59,405 nt of DNA from a virus (taxonomy: Duplodnaviria > Caudoviricetes): positions 1 to 59,405 of IMG/VR virus record IMGVR_UViG_3300025528_000008; one strand, given 5' to 3'. Within the stretch, counting starts at the first letter, position 1, and every line of letters begins with the position of its first letter. Positions 46,067 through 55,935 of this stretch are shown here, piece after piece. A program made the translations under genes and the position numbers. The notes beneath the pieces were generated by a model, which was not told the DNA's origin, searched no databases, and was given only the letters and a program-made list of their open reading frames with translations.

Positions 46067-46738
46067 ATGGCTGGTAACGCTTATGACGACGTGCAGCAGC
46101 GCAACGCCGCGCTGATTTTCAAGGCTCTGCAGGGGTCGGTGTTCGTCGCCCCCTACAGCGCGGCAGCGATCACCACGCTGACCGACCCTGCCGACAAGCT
46201 GCTGGCGCCGCTGCCGCAGGGGTATGAGGATGTCGGCTGGGTGTCTGACGACGGCGCCCAGTTCGGCCGGGACGTGGAGACCTCCGACATCACCGGGTGG
46301 GGTGCGGTCGAGCCGCTCCGCTCGGACATCAACTCCGACGTCACCACCCTGCAGATCGCCTGCCTGGAGACCAAGAAGGCCACGATCGGCCTGTACACGG
46401 GCGCGGACATGTCCACCGCTGTCCCCGATTCGACGTCCGGTGAGCTGGGCATCGAAAAGCCCGCCCGGCCGTCCTTCCGCTACTACCGGGTGCTGGCGCT
46501 GGCGGTGGACCTCACCGACGACGGTGAGTACTACGTGGCCCGCTTCCTGCCGAGGGCGCGGGTGACCGACTTCGACGAGCAGGCCTACCAGTCCAGCGAC
46601 GATGCGCCGGTGACCTGGTCGGTGACGCTGACGTCCTACCAGGACCCGGTGCTGGGTTACGCCGAGAAGTACCTGTTCGGTGGACCGGGGTGGGCGGCGA
46701 AGCTGGCCGACATGGGCTTCGCTGCGACCGGTAGCTGA
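46067..46738 (+). CDS. major tail protein
   Basis: GYEDVGWVSDDG..GWGAVEPLRSDI. Confidence 0.85.
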   Translation: MAGNAYDDVQQRNAALIFKALQGSVFVAPYSAAAITTLTDPADKLLAPLPQGYEDVGWVSDDGAQFGRDVETSDITGWGAVEPLRSDINSDVTTLQIACLETKKATIGLYTGADMSTAVPDSTSGELGIEKPARPSFRYYRVLALAVDLTDDGEYYVARFLPRARVTDFDEQAYQSSDDAPVTWSVTLTSYQDPVLGYAEKYLFGGPGWAAKLADMGFAATGS

Positions 46739-46740
46739 TC

Positions 46741-46804
46741 GTCGCGGCGGCCGGCTAGTGCTGGCGGGCCCCGGCCGCCGCGACCCTTCCAGGCCCGCCG
46801 GCAC
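46741..46804 (+). promoter_or_regulatory. predicted H-type pseudoknot after major tail gene
   Basis: stem 1 46741-54/46771-84 (14 bp); stem 2 46758-70/46792-804 (13 bp, one GU). Confidence 0.55.
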
Positions 46805-46821
46805 GTGAGGGAGGCGCACCG

Positions 46822-47037
46822 ATGCCCGCCGCATCTTCCTCTGCTGATCGCCCCCGCTACCCGGTGTATCTCAGCCCGGACGGTACCAGGGAGCAGGTCG
46901 CGGCGACTCCTGCACGTGAGGTGCAGCTCAAGCATGCGGGGTGGCGTCTGGTGAGCCGCCCCCGCACCCCGACACCCGAACCGGCGAGCGACGCCGGTGG
47001 GGGAGCTGCCGGAAAGCCCGGCAGTGACGTTGAGTAG
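46822..47037 (+). CDS. small tail-region protein
   Basis: GGAGG RBS; SPDG..EVQLKHAGW. Confidence 0.55.
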   Translation: MPAASSSADRPRYPVYLSPDGTREQVAATPAREVQLKHAGWRLVSRPRTPTPEPASDAGGGAAGKPGSDVE

Positions 47038-47049
47038 GAAGGCCCGCTG

Positions 47050-47343
47050 ATGCCCGCCAAGCGATACCAGCTCACCCGCTACCGCAAGGAGGCTCTCAAG
47101 CCCGACTTCGAGCTCGTCCTCGACGATGGGGATCCGATCGTCATCAAGTGCCCCACGGTCGAGGAGGTCCTCGACCTGTCGGAGATGACCGATGCACGCA
47201 GCCAGCTGCAGGTCCTCGCCAAGGACAACTACGACCGGCTGGTGGAGGCCATCGGGGGAGAGCCGGGCGGGGTGATCAACAGGATCATGGAGGACATCAT
47301 GGAGCACTTCGGGCTGGGGAAATCCTCCAGGTCGCAGAGCTGA
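47050..47343 (+). CDS. tail assembly chaperone (G)
   Basis: between major tail and tape measure genes; slippery GGGGAAA at 47316-47322. Confidence 0.75.
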   Translation: MPAKRYQLTRYRKEALKPDFELVLDDGDPIVIKCPTVEEVLDLSEMTDARSQLQVLAKDNYDRLVEAIGGEPGGVINRIMEDIMEHFGLGKSSRSQS

Positions 47344-47774
47344 TCGACCGGTACGGCGATGCGATCCGCGCCGATCTGCGCCGGTTCTACGGCGTGGACA
47401 TGCTCGACTTCTTCCGCGGCACTCTCTCACCGGATGCGATCCTCGACTACCTGCACCATCTGCCGCGCACGTCCGCCTACCAGGCCGCGGTCGCCGAGGA
47501 CGATGAACTGGCCGCCGAGCTCGCCGCCCAGCCTGAAGGCAAGCCCGGGGCGCCGCGGCTGACGGAGTTCAGCCCGGAGGTGGAGGCGCTGGCAGCGGCG
47601 GTGGACAGGCTCGGCACCATCACCGCCGTGCTCATCAAGGCGCTCGGTGGCAAACCAGGCAAGCCCAAGCCGTATCCGCGTCCGGAAACCGCGCTGGAGC
47701 GGGCACGCCGCCGGGCCCGCTATGAGAGGCACAAAGCTCTCGCCGCACGCGTCCTTCCTGGGCGCTCTCGGTAA
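47316..47774 (+). CDS. tail assembly chaperone GT extension via -1 frameshift
   Basis: -1 frame open from the slippery site: GEILQVAELIDRYGDAIRADL..HLPRTS. Confidence 0.7.
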   Translation, partial: GEILQVAELIDRYGDAIRADLRRFYGVDMLDFFRGTLSPDAILDYLHHLPRTSAYQAAVAEDDELAAELAAQPEGKPGAPRLTEFSPEVEALAAAVDRLGTITAVLIKALGGKPGKPKPYPRPETALERARRRARYERHKALAARVLPGRSR

Positions 47775-47848
47775 CCACACAGCCTGTGCGGAGGGCGCCT
47801 GCCCTCCTCTCTGAACCACCAGGTCAGACAGGGAGGAGGGCAGGCACG

Positions 47849-50800
47849 GTGGCCGTTGAAGTCGGCGCTGCGTTCATCTCTGTACGCCCCGAGCTTCGGG
47901 GCTTCCACAACACGATCCGCCGTGAGCTGCGTTCCCTGACCCCGGAGCTGACGCGGATCGGCCAGCAGTGGGGCCAGTCTCTGAAAAGAGGTCTGGAGTC
48001 CCAACTCCGCGGTCTCAAGATCGACGTCCACCTCAACACCGGCCGCATCATGGCGCGGCTTACCGCGCTGAACCAGGCGTTGGAGCGGCTGGACGGCCGC
48101 ACCATCAACATCACCGTCAACGTCGACATGGGTGGTGCCGCCGCCCAGCTGGCGTCGCTGAATCAGGTGCTCGGCAGGCTGGACGGCCGCACCATCAACA
48201 TCCAGGTCGACGCCGACACCGCTGGCGCGTTGACGCAGATGGCGGCGGTGCGTGCGGCGTCCTCGTCGCTGGACCGGCAAAGCGTCGGGGTCAACGTGTT
48301 CGCCAGCGTCGGTCCAGCACTGTCGGGGATCGCCTCGGTCCAGACCGCGCTCATCGGCCTGGCCGTCGCCGCGGCACCGGCTCTGGCAGGGATCGGCGCC
48401 GGCGTGCTTGGGCTGGTCGGGCCGCTATCGGCCGCGGCAGCCGGGTTTGGTGGATTGGCGGCCGTGGCGCTGCCCGCGATCAACCGGATCCGGGAGGCCA
48501 CGCAGCAGCAGGAGCGGGCCAGCAAAGCAGCCGCGGGCGCGGCCGGGCAGGAACAGGCTCGGGCGTCTGCGGTGGCCGCGGCCCGCCAGCAGCTTGCTGC
48601 GGCGATCCGGCACGCCGCGGAAGCGCACCGGCAGGCGCTGGAGCGGGTCCGGGACGCTGAACTGGATCTGGCGGATGCGCAGCGGCGTGCCAAGCAAGCT
48701 CAGGAGGAGCTGAACCGGGCTCGGGAGCAGGCCCGGCGGGACCTGCAGGATTTGGCCAACGACGTCGCCTCTGCCCGGCTGGCGGAGCGGCAGGCTGTGT
48801 TTGATCTGCAGGACGCCGAACGGGAACTGGCCCGGCTGCGGGCCGACCCTGCCGCCACCGAGGATCAGATCGCCCGGCAGCAGCTCGCCGTCGACCAGGC
48901 CCGGCAGCGCCTCAAAGAGCAGCGGCTGATGCTGCAGCGGCTCATCCAGGATGAGGAGCGTGCCCGCAAGGCCGGGGTGGAGGGCTCTGACCGGGTGCGG
49001 GACGCCCGGGAGCGGCTGGCAGAGGCCAACCGGAGGATCGCCGAGTCGGAGCGGCGGCTGGCCGAGGCGCGCCGGAACGTGGCCCGTGTCGACCGGGACG
49101 CCGCCGACCAGGTCGCCTCCGCGCGCCGTGCCCTCGCCAACGCCAACCGGCAGGCCGCCGCCTCCACCGGCGCTTTGACCGGGCGGATGGTGCAGCTCAC
49201 CTCTTGGGAGAAGCAGCTCGCCGCCGCGTGGCAGAGCCTGACCGACGTCTTCGAGGAGTGGAACAAGGCGCTGCAGCCGGCGGTGCTCCCCGTGCTGATC
49301 AAGGGGATCACGCTGCTGAAGAATCTGCTGCCGCTGCTGACGCCGGTGGTGAAGGGCGCCGCCCAGGGTTTGGGGCAGCTGCTGGATGCGGCCAACGCCG
49401 CGGCCAAGTCGCCGTTCTGGACGCAGTTCGCTGATTTCCTCGGGCAGACGGCGGGGCCGGCGATCGCCGGGTTCGGGAAGCTGCTGGGCAGCCTGATGAC
49501 CGGCCTGGCGGCGATGGCGCAGGCGTGGGCGCCGGTCGGGTTTGCGTTCCTGGAGGTTCTGCAGATCGTCACCGACCGGTTCGCCGCGGCCATGATGGGC
49601 CTGGCCAACAGCCCGGCGTTCCAGGCTTTCATCGACCAGTTCGTCTCGCTGGTGCCGCTGATGGCTGATACGCTCAGCGCGATCGGCGGGCTGTTCAGCA
49701 GCATTTTCGCAGGCCTGGCCCCGGCCATTGCCGGGTCGTTGGAGCTGCTGCGCGGGTTCGCAACCGCCCTCGGAGACATGTTCCGCGGGCTCGGCCCCGC
49801 CTTCGGCCAGGTATTCAACGCGCTCGGGCCGGCGGTCACCTCGGTGATGAGCGCGCTGGTTCCCGTGGTGGTGCAGCTGGGGAACGCGCTGGCGCCGCTG
49901 CTGGTGCAGCTGATCAACGGGCTGGCACCGATCCTGACCGCGCTGGCGCCGATCCTCAGCCAGGTCATCTCCTACCTGCAGCCGGTCATCGCCTCGCTGC
50001 TGTCGGGGCTGCTACCGGTGCTGTCGTCGCTGGTCCCGGTGATCGGGCTGTTCGTGCAGTTGATCGGCCGGATCCTGGTCGCGCTGGCCCCGGTGGTGAC
50101 GGTGCTGGGCGAGTTCATCGCCGAGCTGCTGTCGGGCCTGCTGCCGATCATGACCCCGATCGTCGACGCGTTTGCGGCGATGGCTGAGGAGATCGCAGCA
50201 GGGCTGATTGTCGCTTTGCGGCAGTCGACGCCGGCGCTGCAGGAGATGCTGCTGGCGGTCGCGTCGCTGCTGCCGGAGCTGGTGCCGCTGATCCCGCTTT
50301 TTGCCCAGTGGATGACCAGCATGCTGCCGCTGCTTCCGGTGCTCATCCGGCTGGCCTCGGCGATCGTCGTGGCGCTGGTGCCGGTGTTGCGGATCGCGAT
50401 CCGTGTGGTGGTGTGGCTGGCCACCACGGTGCTGTCGTGGCTGATCCCGGTGATGCAGCGGCTGGTCGGCGTCGTCACCTGGGTCGGTGGGATCCTCACC
50501 CCGATCGTGCAGGGCATCGGCTGGGTGCTCCGCAGCCTGGGCACGGCGGCGATGTGGCTGTGGCGGAACGCCATCGCCCCTGCTTTCCGCGGCATCGCCA
50601 CCATCGCCCAGTGGCTGTACAGCTTCGTGGTGGTGGTGCTGGTCGCGCCGCTGCTGCTGGCGTTCAAGCTCATCCAGGCCGCGGTGCTGTGGCTGTGGCG
50701 GTCGGTGATCCGGCCGGCGTTCAACGGGATCAGCTCTGCCATCCGCACGGCGTGGACAAGCGTCATCAAGCCGACGCTCAACACGGTCGTCGGTTTCCTG

Positions 50801-52216
50801 CAGCGGACATTGGGCCCGGTCTTCACCTGGATTTATGAGGAGGTCATCAAACCGGTTTGGAACAAGGTCAGCTCGACCGTCCAAAAAGGCTGGAATGATT
50901 ACGTCAAACCAGCCTTCGACTCCATCAAAAGAGGGGTTGGCAAGGTCGGTGATGCGTTCGAGACGGCAGTCACGGCCATTGCGAAGGCATGGGACGGGCT
51001 GAAAGACGCTGCGAAGAAGCCTGTCGCTTTCGTCATCAACACGGTCTTCAACGGCGGCATCGTCAAAATCTGGAACGCCGTCGCGAAGCTGGTGCCCGGG
51101 GTCAAGGAGCTCAGACCCATCCCCGGGTTTGCTTCCGGTGGCATCTACGACATCTACCCGGGGTACACGCCGGGCCGTGACATCGGCCTTGCCGCGGTTT
51201 CCGGTGGTGAGGCCATTATGCGGCCGGAGTTCACCAAGGCCGTGGGTGAGGACTTCATCCATGGCGCTAACGCCGCTGCTCGGGCCGGTGGCGTCAGCGG
51301 CGTCATCCGTTTCCTGACCGGTGTTGGCGACCCCGGCGGTATCGCAGGTGTCCCGTTCGCTGGGCATTTCTTCCTCGGCGGCATCGTCAAGAAGTTCTCC
51401 GACGCCGCCAAGGGCTTCTTTGCTGGCGGGTTGAAGAAGGCCGCGGAGAAGGCGTTCAAGCCGATGCTGGCGCTGACCGACCGCACCTTGGGGAACATGG
51501 GCGCCTTCGGGGAACTGATCGCGGGTGTGCCCCGCGCCATGGTCTCCAAGATCCTGGACTTCTTCGCGCCGCTGGAAGAAAAGCTCGGCGGGCCTGGCCG
51601 GCGGGCGGTGGCCGCGGCGCGCAAGCAGATCGGTGTGCCCTACTCGTGGGGTGGCGGTGGGCTGCACGGCCCTACCCGCGGCATCGGACGCGGCGCCAAC
51701 ACGGTTGGGTTCGACTGCTCTGGGCTGATGCGTTACGCCTGGTATCAGGCCACCGGTAAGGTCGCTCCGCGCACCACCTACCAGCAGATCCCCTGGGTGA
51801 AGCGTATTCCCAAGCCGGTTCCCGGAGCGTTCGGCTTCCCGCACTCCGGCCATGTGTTCATGGCGTCCGACAAACCGGGGAAGATCATCGAAGCGCCGTA
51901 CACCGGTGCGCACGTGCGGGAGACCACCATGCGGCACGCGTGGTGGGGTATGCCGCCGTGGAAATTCGACGACGGTGGATGGCTGCCGCCTGGCATCGGA
52001 ACTTTCGTCAACGCCACCCGCAAACCTGAGGCGATCTTGACCGATGCGCAGTGGCGCAGCATCTCCGAGGCCGTCCGCGGCGGCGACGGGGAGGTGCACT
52101 ACCACGCCCACTTCGACGGGATGACCAAGGCCGCCTACGAAGCGCAGGTCCGTGCCGGCATCCAGGCCGAGATGGTGCTGGCCGCGCAACGGGACCGCAC
52201 TGGACGCCGCAAATAA
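47849..52216 (+). CDS. tape measure protein with C-terminal NlpC/P60 peptidase
   Basis: ~1455 aa, helical repeats; GVPYSWGGG..GFDCSGL..GHV. Confidence 0.92.
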   Translation: MAVEVGAAFISVRPELRGFHNTIRRELRSLTPELTRIGQQWGQSLKRGLESQLRGLKIDVHLNTGRIMARLTALNQALERLDGRTINITVNVDMGGAAAQLASLNQVLGRLDGRTINIQVDADTAGALTQMAAVRAASSSLDRQSVGVNVFASVGPALSGIASVQTALIGLAVAAAPALAGIGAGVLGLVGPLSAAAAGFGGLAAVALPAINRIREATQQQERASKAAAGAAGQEQARASAVAAARQQLAAAIRHAAEAHRQALERVRDAELDLADAQRRAKQAQEELNRAREQARRDLQDLANDVASARLAERQAVFDLQDAERELARLRADPAATEDQIARQQLAVDQARQRLKEQRLMLQRLIQDEERARKAGVEGSDRVRDARERLAEANRRIAESERRLAEARRNVARVDRDAADQVASARRALANANRQAAASTGALTGRMVQLTSWEKQLAAAWQSLTDVFEEWNKALQPAVLPVLIKGITLLKNLLPLLTPVVKGAAQGLGQLLDAANAAAKSPFWTQFADFLGQTAGPAIAGFGKLLGSLMTGLAAMAQAWAPVGFAFLEVLQIVTDRFAAAMMGLANSPAFQAFIDQFVSLVPLMADTLSAIGGLFSSIFAGLAPAIAGSLELLRGFATALGDMFRGLGPAFGQVFNALGPAVTSVMSALVPVVVQLGNALAPLLVQLINGLAPILTALAPILSQVISYLQPVIASLLSGLLPVLSSLVPVIGLFVQLIGRILVALAPVVTVLGEFIAELLSGLLPIMTPIVDAFAAMAEEIAAGLIVALRQSTPALQEMLLAVASLLPELVPLIPLFAQWMTSMLPLLPVLIRLASAIVVALVPVLRIAIRVVVWLATTVLSWLIPVMQRLVGVVTWVGGILTPIVQGIGWVLRSLGTAAMWLWRNAIAPAFRGIATIAQWLYSFVVVVLVAPLLLAFKLIQAAVLWLWRSVIRPAFNGISSAIRTAWTSVIKPTLNTVVGFLQRTLGPVFTWIYEEVIKPVWNKVSSTVQKGWNDYVKPAFDSIKRGVGKVGDAFETAVTAIAKAWDGLKDAAKKPVAFVINTVFNGGIVKIWNAVAKLVPGVKELRPIPGFASGGIYDIYPGYTPGRDIGLAAVSGGEAIMRPEFTKAVGEDFIHGANAAARAGGVSGVIRFLTGVGDPGGIAGVPFAGHFFLGGIVKKFSDAAKGFFAGGLKKAAEKAFKPMLALTDRTLGNMGAFGELIAGVPRAMVSKILDFFAPLEEKLGGPGRRAVAAARKQIGVPYSWGGGGLHGPTRGIGRGANTVGFDCSGLMRYAWYQATGKVAPRTTYQQIPWVKRIPKPVPGAFGFPHSGHVFMASDKPGKIIEAPYTGAHVRETTMRHAWWGMPPWKFDDGGWLPPGIGTFVNATRKPEAILTDAQWRSISEAVRGGDGEVHYHAHFDGMTKAAYEAQVRAGIQAEMVLAAQRDRTGRRK

Positions 52217-52233
52217 GAGAGGGGGTGTGAGGG

Positions 52234-53190
52234 ATGCCGCTGATCGTCAGGACCCATCGGCCGCCCCCACCTCCCGTCTCACCGGCGGATGACCGGTATC
52301 CGATCCAGGTCACCTATATCGACCCGGACGGGGTCGAGTGGCCATGGTCGGACCCGACCTCGGGCATCATCGTCACCTCGGTGACGGGCATCGGCTCACC
52401 ACCGGCGTCGTACACGGGGATCGCGTTGCCGGACGGCGGGTCACTGGCCCAGTCCTACACCGCCGCGTCCCGGCAGATCGTCATCGGACTGCACGTGTTC
52501 GATGAGGAGTCCCAGGCCGGGCTCTTGGACAAGATCGACCGGCTCGCCCGCGCCCTGTGGACGGAGCGTGCCGGGGTGCCGGCGCCGGGAATGCTGGTGT
52601 TCGCTCGTCCAAACGGCACGGTCCGGCAGATCGAGGTGTACTGCACCTCCGGGCCGGAGCAGACCGACACGGACGCCACCCGCAACGCCTACCAGGTCTC
52701 CACCGACTACGCGCTCACGTTCGTCAGCGCACTGGATCCACTGTTTGTGGACCAGGAGGTGGTGGGTCCGATTGTGTTCGAACCGCCTCCGCCGTCGGGT
52801 GCCGGGGTGCCGCCGATGCCGCCGGTGCTCCTCAAGCCGCGGTCATCGCTGGGCACCACTCAGGTGACCAACGAAGGCAACGGCGACGCCTACCCGGTGT
52901 GGAAGCTGTATGGGCCGGGCGCCCCGACTGTCACCAACGTCACCACGGGACGGTCGTTTTCGGTGGAGGAGCTGTCGGAGGGGGAGGTGGTGACGGTCGA
53001 CACCCGCCCGGGCCGGCAGTCCGCCATCGACCAGGACGGCAACGACCGGTGGGGGGACCTGGTGAAGACCTCACCTCGAGACCTGTGGGTGCTGCCATCG
53101 GGGACCTCCGTTCTCGAGTTGGAGATCGCAAACGCCGATGCAGGGGCGAAAATCGAGCTGACGTATGCGCGGCGCTGGCTGAGGGCTTGA
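52234..53190 (+). CDS. distal tail protein
   Basis: follows TMP; NEGNGDAYPVWKLYGP; VTVDTRP. Confidence 0.8.
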   Translation: MPLIVRTHRPPPPPVSPADDRYPIQVTYIDPDGVEWPWSDPTSGIIVTSVTGIGSPPASYTGIALPDGGSLAQSYTAASRQIVIGLHVFDEESQAGLLDKIDRLARALWTERAGVPAPGMLVFARPNGTVRQIEVYCTSGPEQTDTDATRNAYQVSTDYALTFVSALDPLFVDQEVVGPIVFEPPPPSGAGVPPMPPVLLKPRSSLGTTQVTNEGNGDAYPVWKLYGPGAPTVTNVTTGRSFSVEELSEGEVVTVDTRPGRQSAIDQDGNDRWGDLVKTSPRDLWVLPSGTSVLELEIANADAGAKIELTYARRWLRA

Positions 53191-53193
53191 TCG

Positions 53194-54423
53194 ATGGCGG
53201 TGCTGATCGAGGAGTTGCGGCTATCGGACCTGTCCCGCGGCAGGCCGGTCACCTTCCGCAAGATCGATCTGACTCTGACTTGGAATCAGGTCGGCCCGTT
53301 CGTGCTGGAGATGCCCGCCAACGAGCGGAACTGGGAGCTCATCCAGCTGGACGGCAACGGTGATTTGATCCCGGTCGGGCTGACGGTCAACTGGAACGGG
53401 GTCTATGAGGTCCCTCTGCTGGCCGAGGACTGGTCGTTCAAACGCGCCCTGACCGACGGGCGGATCGAGGAGACCCTCACCCTGACCGGCAGCGACTTCC
53501 TCTCCCTGCTGGCCAACCGGATCGCCTATCCGGACCCCACCAAAGCCTGGACGGCGCAGACCACAGGGTCCGTCACCTACACCGACGCAGCCGAGACGGT
53601 CATCAAGACTCTCGTGTCCGCCAATGTGGTGACGGCGGGTGACACCAGCCGGCGTGTGCCGCTTCTGACGGTCGCTCCCGACCAGAAGCGGGGCAGCACC
53701 GTCACCTACAAGGTGACCACACCACAGCCGGAAGCGTCATCCGACACCGAAAACGTCACGGTCGCCGCATCTTTGATGGACATGGTCCGCGCGGTCGACG
53801 CCCAGTCCCGGATAGGAGTGGAGATCACCCTCGGCGCAGGGGAGCTGATCTTCGACTGCTACGAGCCGCGGGACCTGTCCGAAAAGGCAGTGTTCTCCGC
53901 TGAGCTGGGAAATCTGCCAGAGGCGTCGCTGACGGTATCGCCGCCCACAGCCAATGCGATCTTGGTGCAGTCGAAGGTGTCCGGCTCCACCTTCAGCCAG
54001 GCCACCGGAGCGCTGGCGACGAACCCGTGGCGGCGCATCGAACAGTTCCTCGACCAGTCCTCCACCGATACCGCCACCGACGTCAACCTCGCCACCGGTC
54101 AGGCGGTCGCCGCTGGTGCCGGGAAGGTCGGCATCACCGTGACCGTGGTGGACCTGCCGCGGCTGCGGTTCGGCGCCGACGGGGACGGCGTGCAGGGCTA
54201 CCGGGTCGGTGACATCGTCACCCTCGACATCAGGGACGGCGTCACCTACACCGACGTGATCTCCAAGGTGCAGCTCGTCGCCGACGCCACAGGCGACACC
54301 TACACCGAGACGGTCACCCCGACGATCGGCACCGCCGGTGACGAGTCCACCGACCAGACCATCAACTCCAAGCTGTCGGCGCAGCTGCGGCGGGTGGAGA
54401 AGGCCCTGCGCGGCAGCATCTGA
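53194..54423 (+). CDS. minor tail / baseplate hub protein
   Basis: WNQVGPFVL, RRIEQFLD, YRVGDIV; position. Confidence 0.75.
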   Translation: MAVLIEELRLSDLSRGRPVTFRKIDLTLTWNQVGPFVLEMPANERNWELIQLDGNGDLIPVGLTVNWNGVYEVPLLAEDWSFKRALTDGRIEETLTLTGSDFLSLLANRIAYPDPTKAWTAQTTGSVTYTDAAETVIKTLVSANVVTAGDTSRRVPLLTVAPDQKRGSTVTYKVTTPQPEASSDTENVTVAASLMDMVRAVDAQSRIGVEITLGAGELIFDCYEPRDLSEKAVFSAELGNLPEASLTVSPPTANAILVQSKVSGSTFSQATGALATNPWRRIEQFLDQSSTDTATDVNLATGQAVAAGAGKVGITVTVVDLPRLRFGADGDGVQGYRVGDIVTLDIRDGVTYTDVISKVQLVADATGDTYTETVTPTIGTAGDESTDQTINSKLSAQLRRVEKALRGSI

Positions 54424-54481
54424 CCTCATCCGGTGGGCCCTGCGCGGCCCGATCCGCTTCAACTGAAGGGAGGCCCGCGCG

Positions 54482-55417
54482 GTGGGTGACGCGTACCCAT
54501 TCCCTGGAACTACCCAAATCACCACCCAGCAGGAATGGGAGGGCTTTTTCGCCGCCATCGGCAGCGGGGTGATCACGGGTCTCGCCCCGTCCCTGAACTC
54601 CGGGGCACGGCAGGCGGTGATATCTGCCGGCCGGGCCATCGTGCAGGGATTTTTGAAGCCGGTGGAGTCCTCCACAGGAACGGCGATCCCCGCGGCCAGC
54701 CCGCAAAACCGGGTGGACCGGCTGGTGCTCCGGTTGGACCGGGACGCTGTCACCGCTGCCGACCTGGTTAAACCGGTGGTGCTGACGGGCACGCCCGGCT
54801 CCTCGACCCCGCCGGCGTTGACCCGCTCCACCACAGGGAAGTGGGACCTGCCGATCGCACGGTGGACCTCCCAGGCCAACGGCGCTTTGACGGGTCTGGT
54901 GGACGAGCGGGAGTGGCTGGGTAACCGTGTACGCCGCTGCACCTCCACCAGCCGGCCCACCTCTCCGCAGGCCGGTGACATCATCTACGAAACCGACACC
55001 GGCCGGTGGATGGGCTGGCGGGGCACCGCATGGGCGACGCTGGGACCAGTCTCGTCCGAGTCCGCCCAGGTGGCGGCCACTGGCTCCACCCAGTCCGGGT
55101 GGGAGACGCTGGCGACGAGCACGTGGGTGACCCGCTGGGGCGGCGCCGTGCTGCTCCGGCTGGGGTCATTCCGCCGCACCGGGGCCGCCATCAGCACCGA
55201 GTCGCGCCTGCCGGGGCTGATCCCGGCGTCATACCGCCACCCGAACCTAACGTTGCGCACTGCGGTGATGATCGGCAACAGCGGCATCGGTCACGTAACC
55301 GTATACCCCGCCAATCACGAGCGGGCCGGGCAGATGTGGATGACGCTGGGGTCCATATCCACAGGTGTGGTGCTGCAGGGCACGGACATGCACTGGGTGC
55401 TGCCGGGGGTGATGTGA
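54482..55417 (+). CDS. minor tail protein
   Basis: NRVDRLVLRLD..PPALTR..WDLPIA; YETDTG. Confidence 0.75.
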   Translation: MGDAYPFPGTTQITTQQEWEGFFAAIGSGVITGLAPSLNSGARQAVISAGRAIVQGFLKPVESSTGTAIPAASPQNRVDRLVLRLDRDAVTAADLVKPVVLTGTPGSSTPPALTRSTTGKWDLPIARWTSQANGALTGLVDEREWLGNRVRRCTSTSRPTSPQAGDIIYETDTGRWMGWRGTAWATLGPVSSESAQVAATGSTQSGWETLATSTWVTRWGGAVLLRLGSFRRTGAAISTESRLPGLIPASYRHPNLTLRTAVMIGNSGIGHVTVYPANHERAGQMWMTLGSISTGVVLQGTDMHWVLPGVM

Positions 55418-55932
55418 TGGCGCGGTATTTGTTCGGCGGTGGCATCGCCGACTATGTCGTCGCTGACGACAACGGCGTGCTGCTGCTGTCCGCCGGCACC
55501 GAGGTGACTTTCTGGAACGCCGCAACCGGCGGCACCAGGTACACCGACCTGCGGGACCTGTCGGACACCCCGATCAACTCGGTGACCTCGGACGAGCATG
55601 GCGCCATCCCCCAGCTGCGCGGCCCGGACGGGGTACGGAGCATGTGGGCGGACGCCAGCGGCGGCAGTGGCCCACGACGCCTCATGATCGCCGCTGATCT
55701 CCCTGACGATGTTGCGAGCCTGCTGGAACGGGTGGCGCAGCTGGAATCCCTGCTGGCCGCCCATCAAACCCTGCTGAACTACGCGCTGTATGGGATCAAG
55801 TACGACTCGGGGACTGCGTCGTATCCGTCGATCCCGCCGGAGCTGGCCGGCCAGCAGTATCTGGTGTGGATCGGCCCACCGACCCCGACCGGGGCGAGGG
55901 CACGTGACCTGCACATCGACACCGTGGAGTGA
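55417..55932 (+). CDS. minor tail protein
   Basis: MARYLFGGGIADY..TFWNAATGGTRYTDL. Confidence 0.7.
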   Translation: MARYLFGGGIADYVVADDNGVLLLSAGTEVTFWNAATGGTRYTDLRDLSDTPINSVTSDEHGAIPQLRGPDGVRSMWADASGGSGPRRLMIAADLPDDVASLLERVAQLESLLAAHQTLLNYALYGIKYDSGTASYPSIPPELAGQQYLVWIGPPTPTGARARDLHIDTVE

Positions 55933-55935
55933 GGC

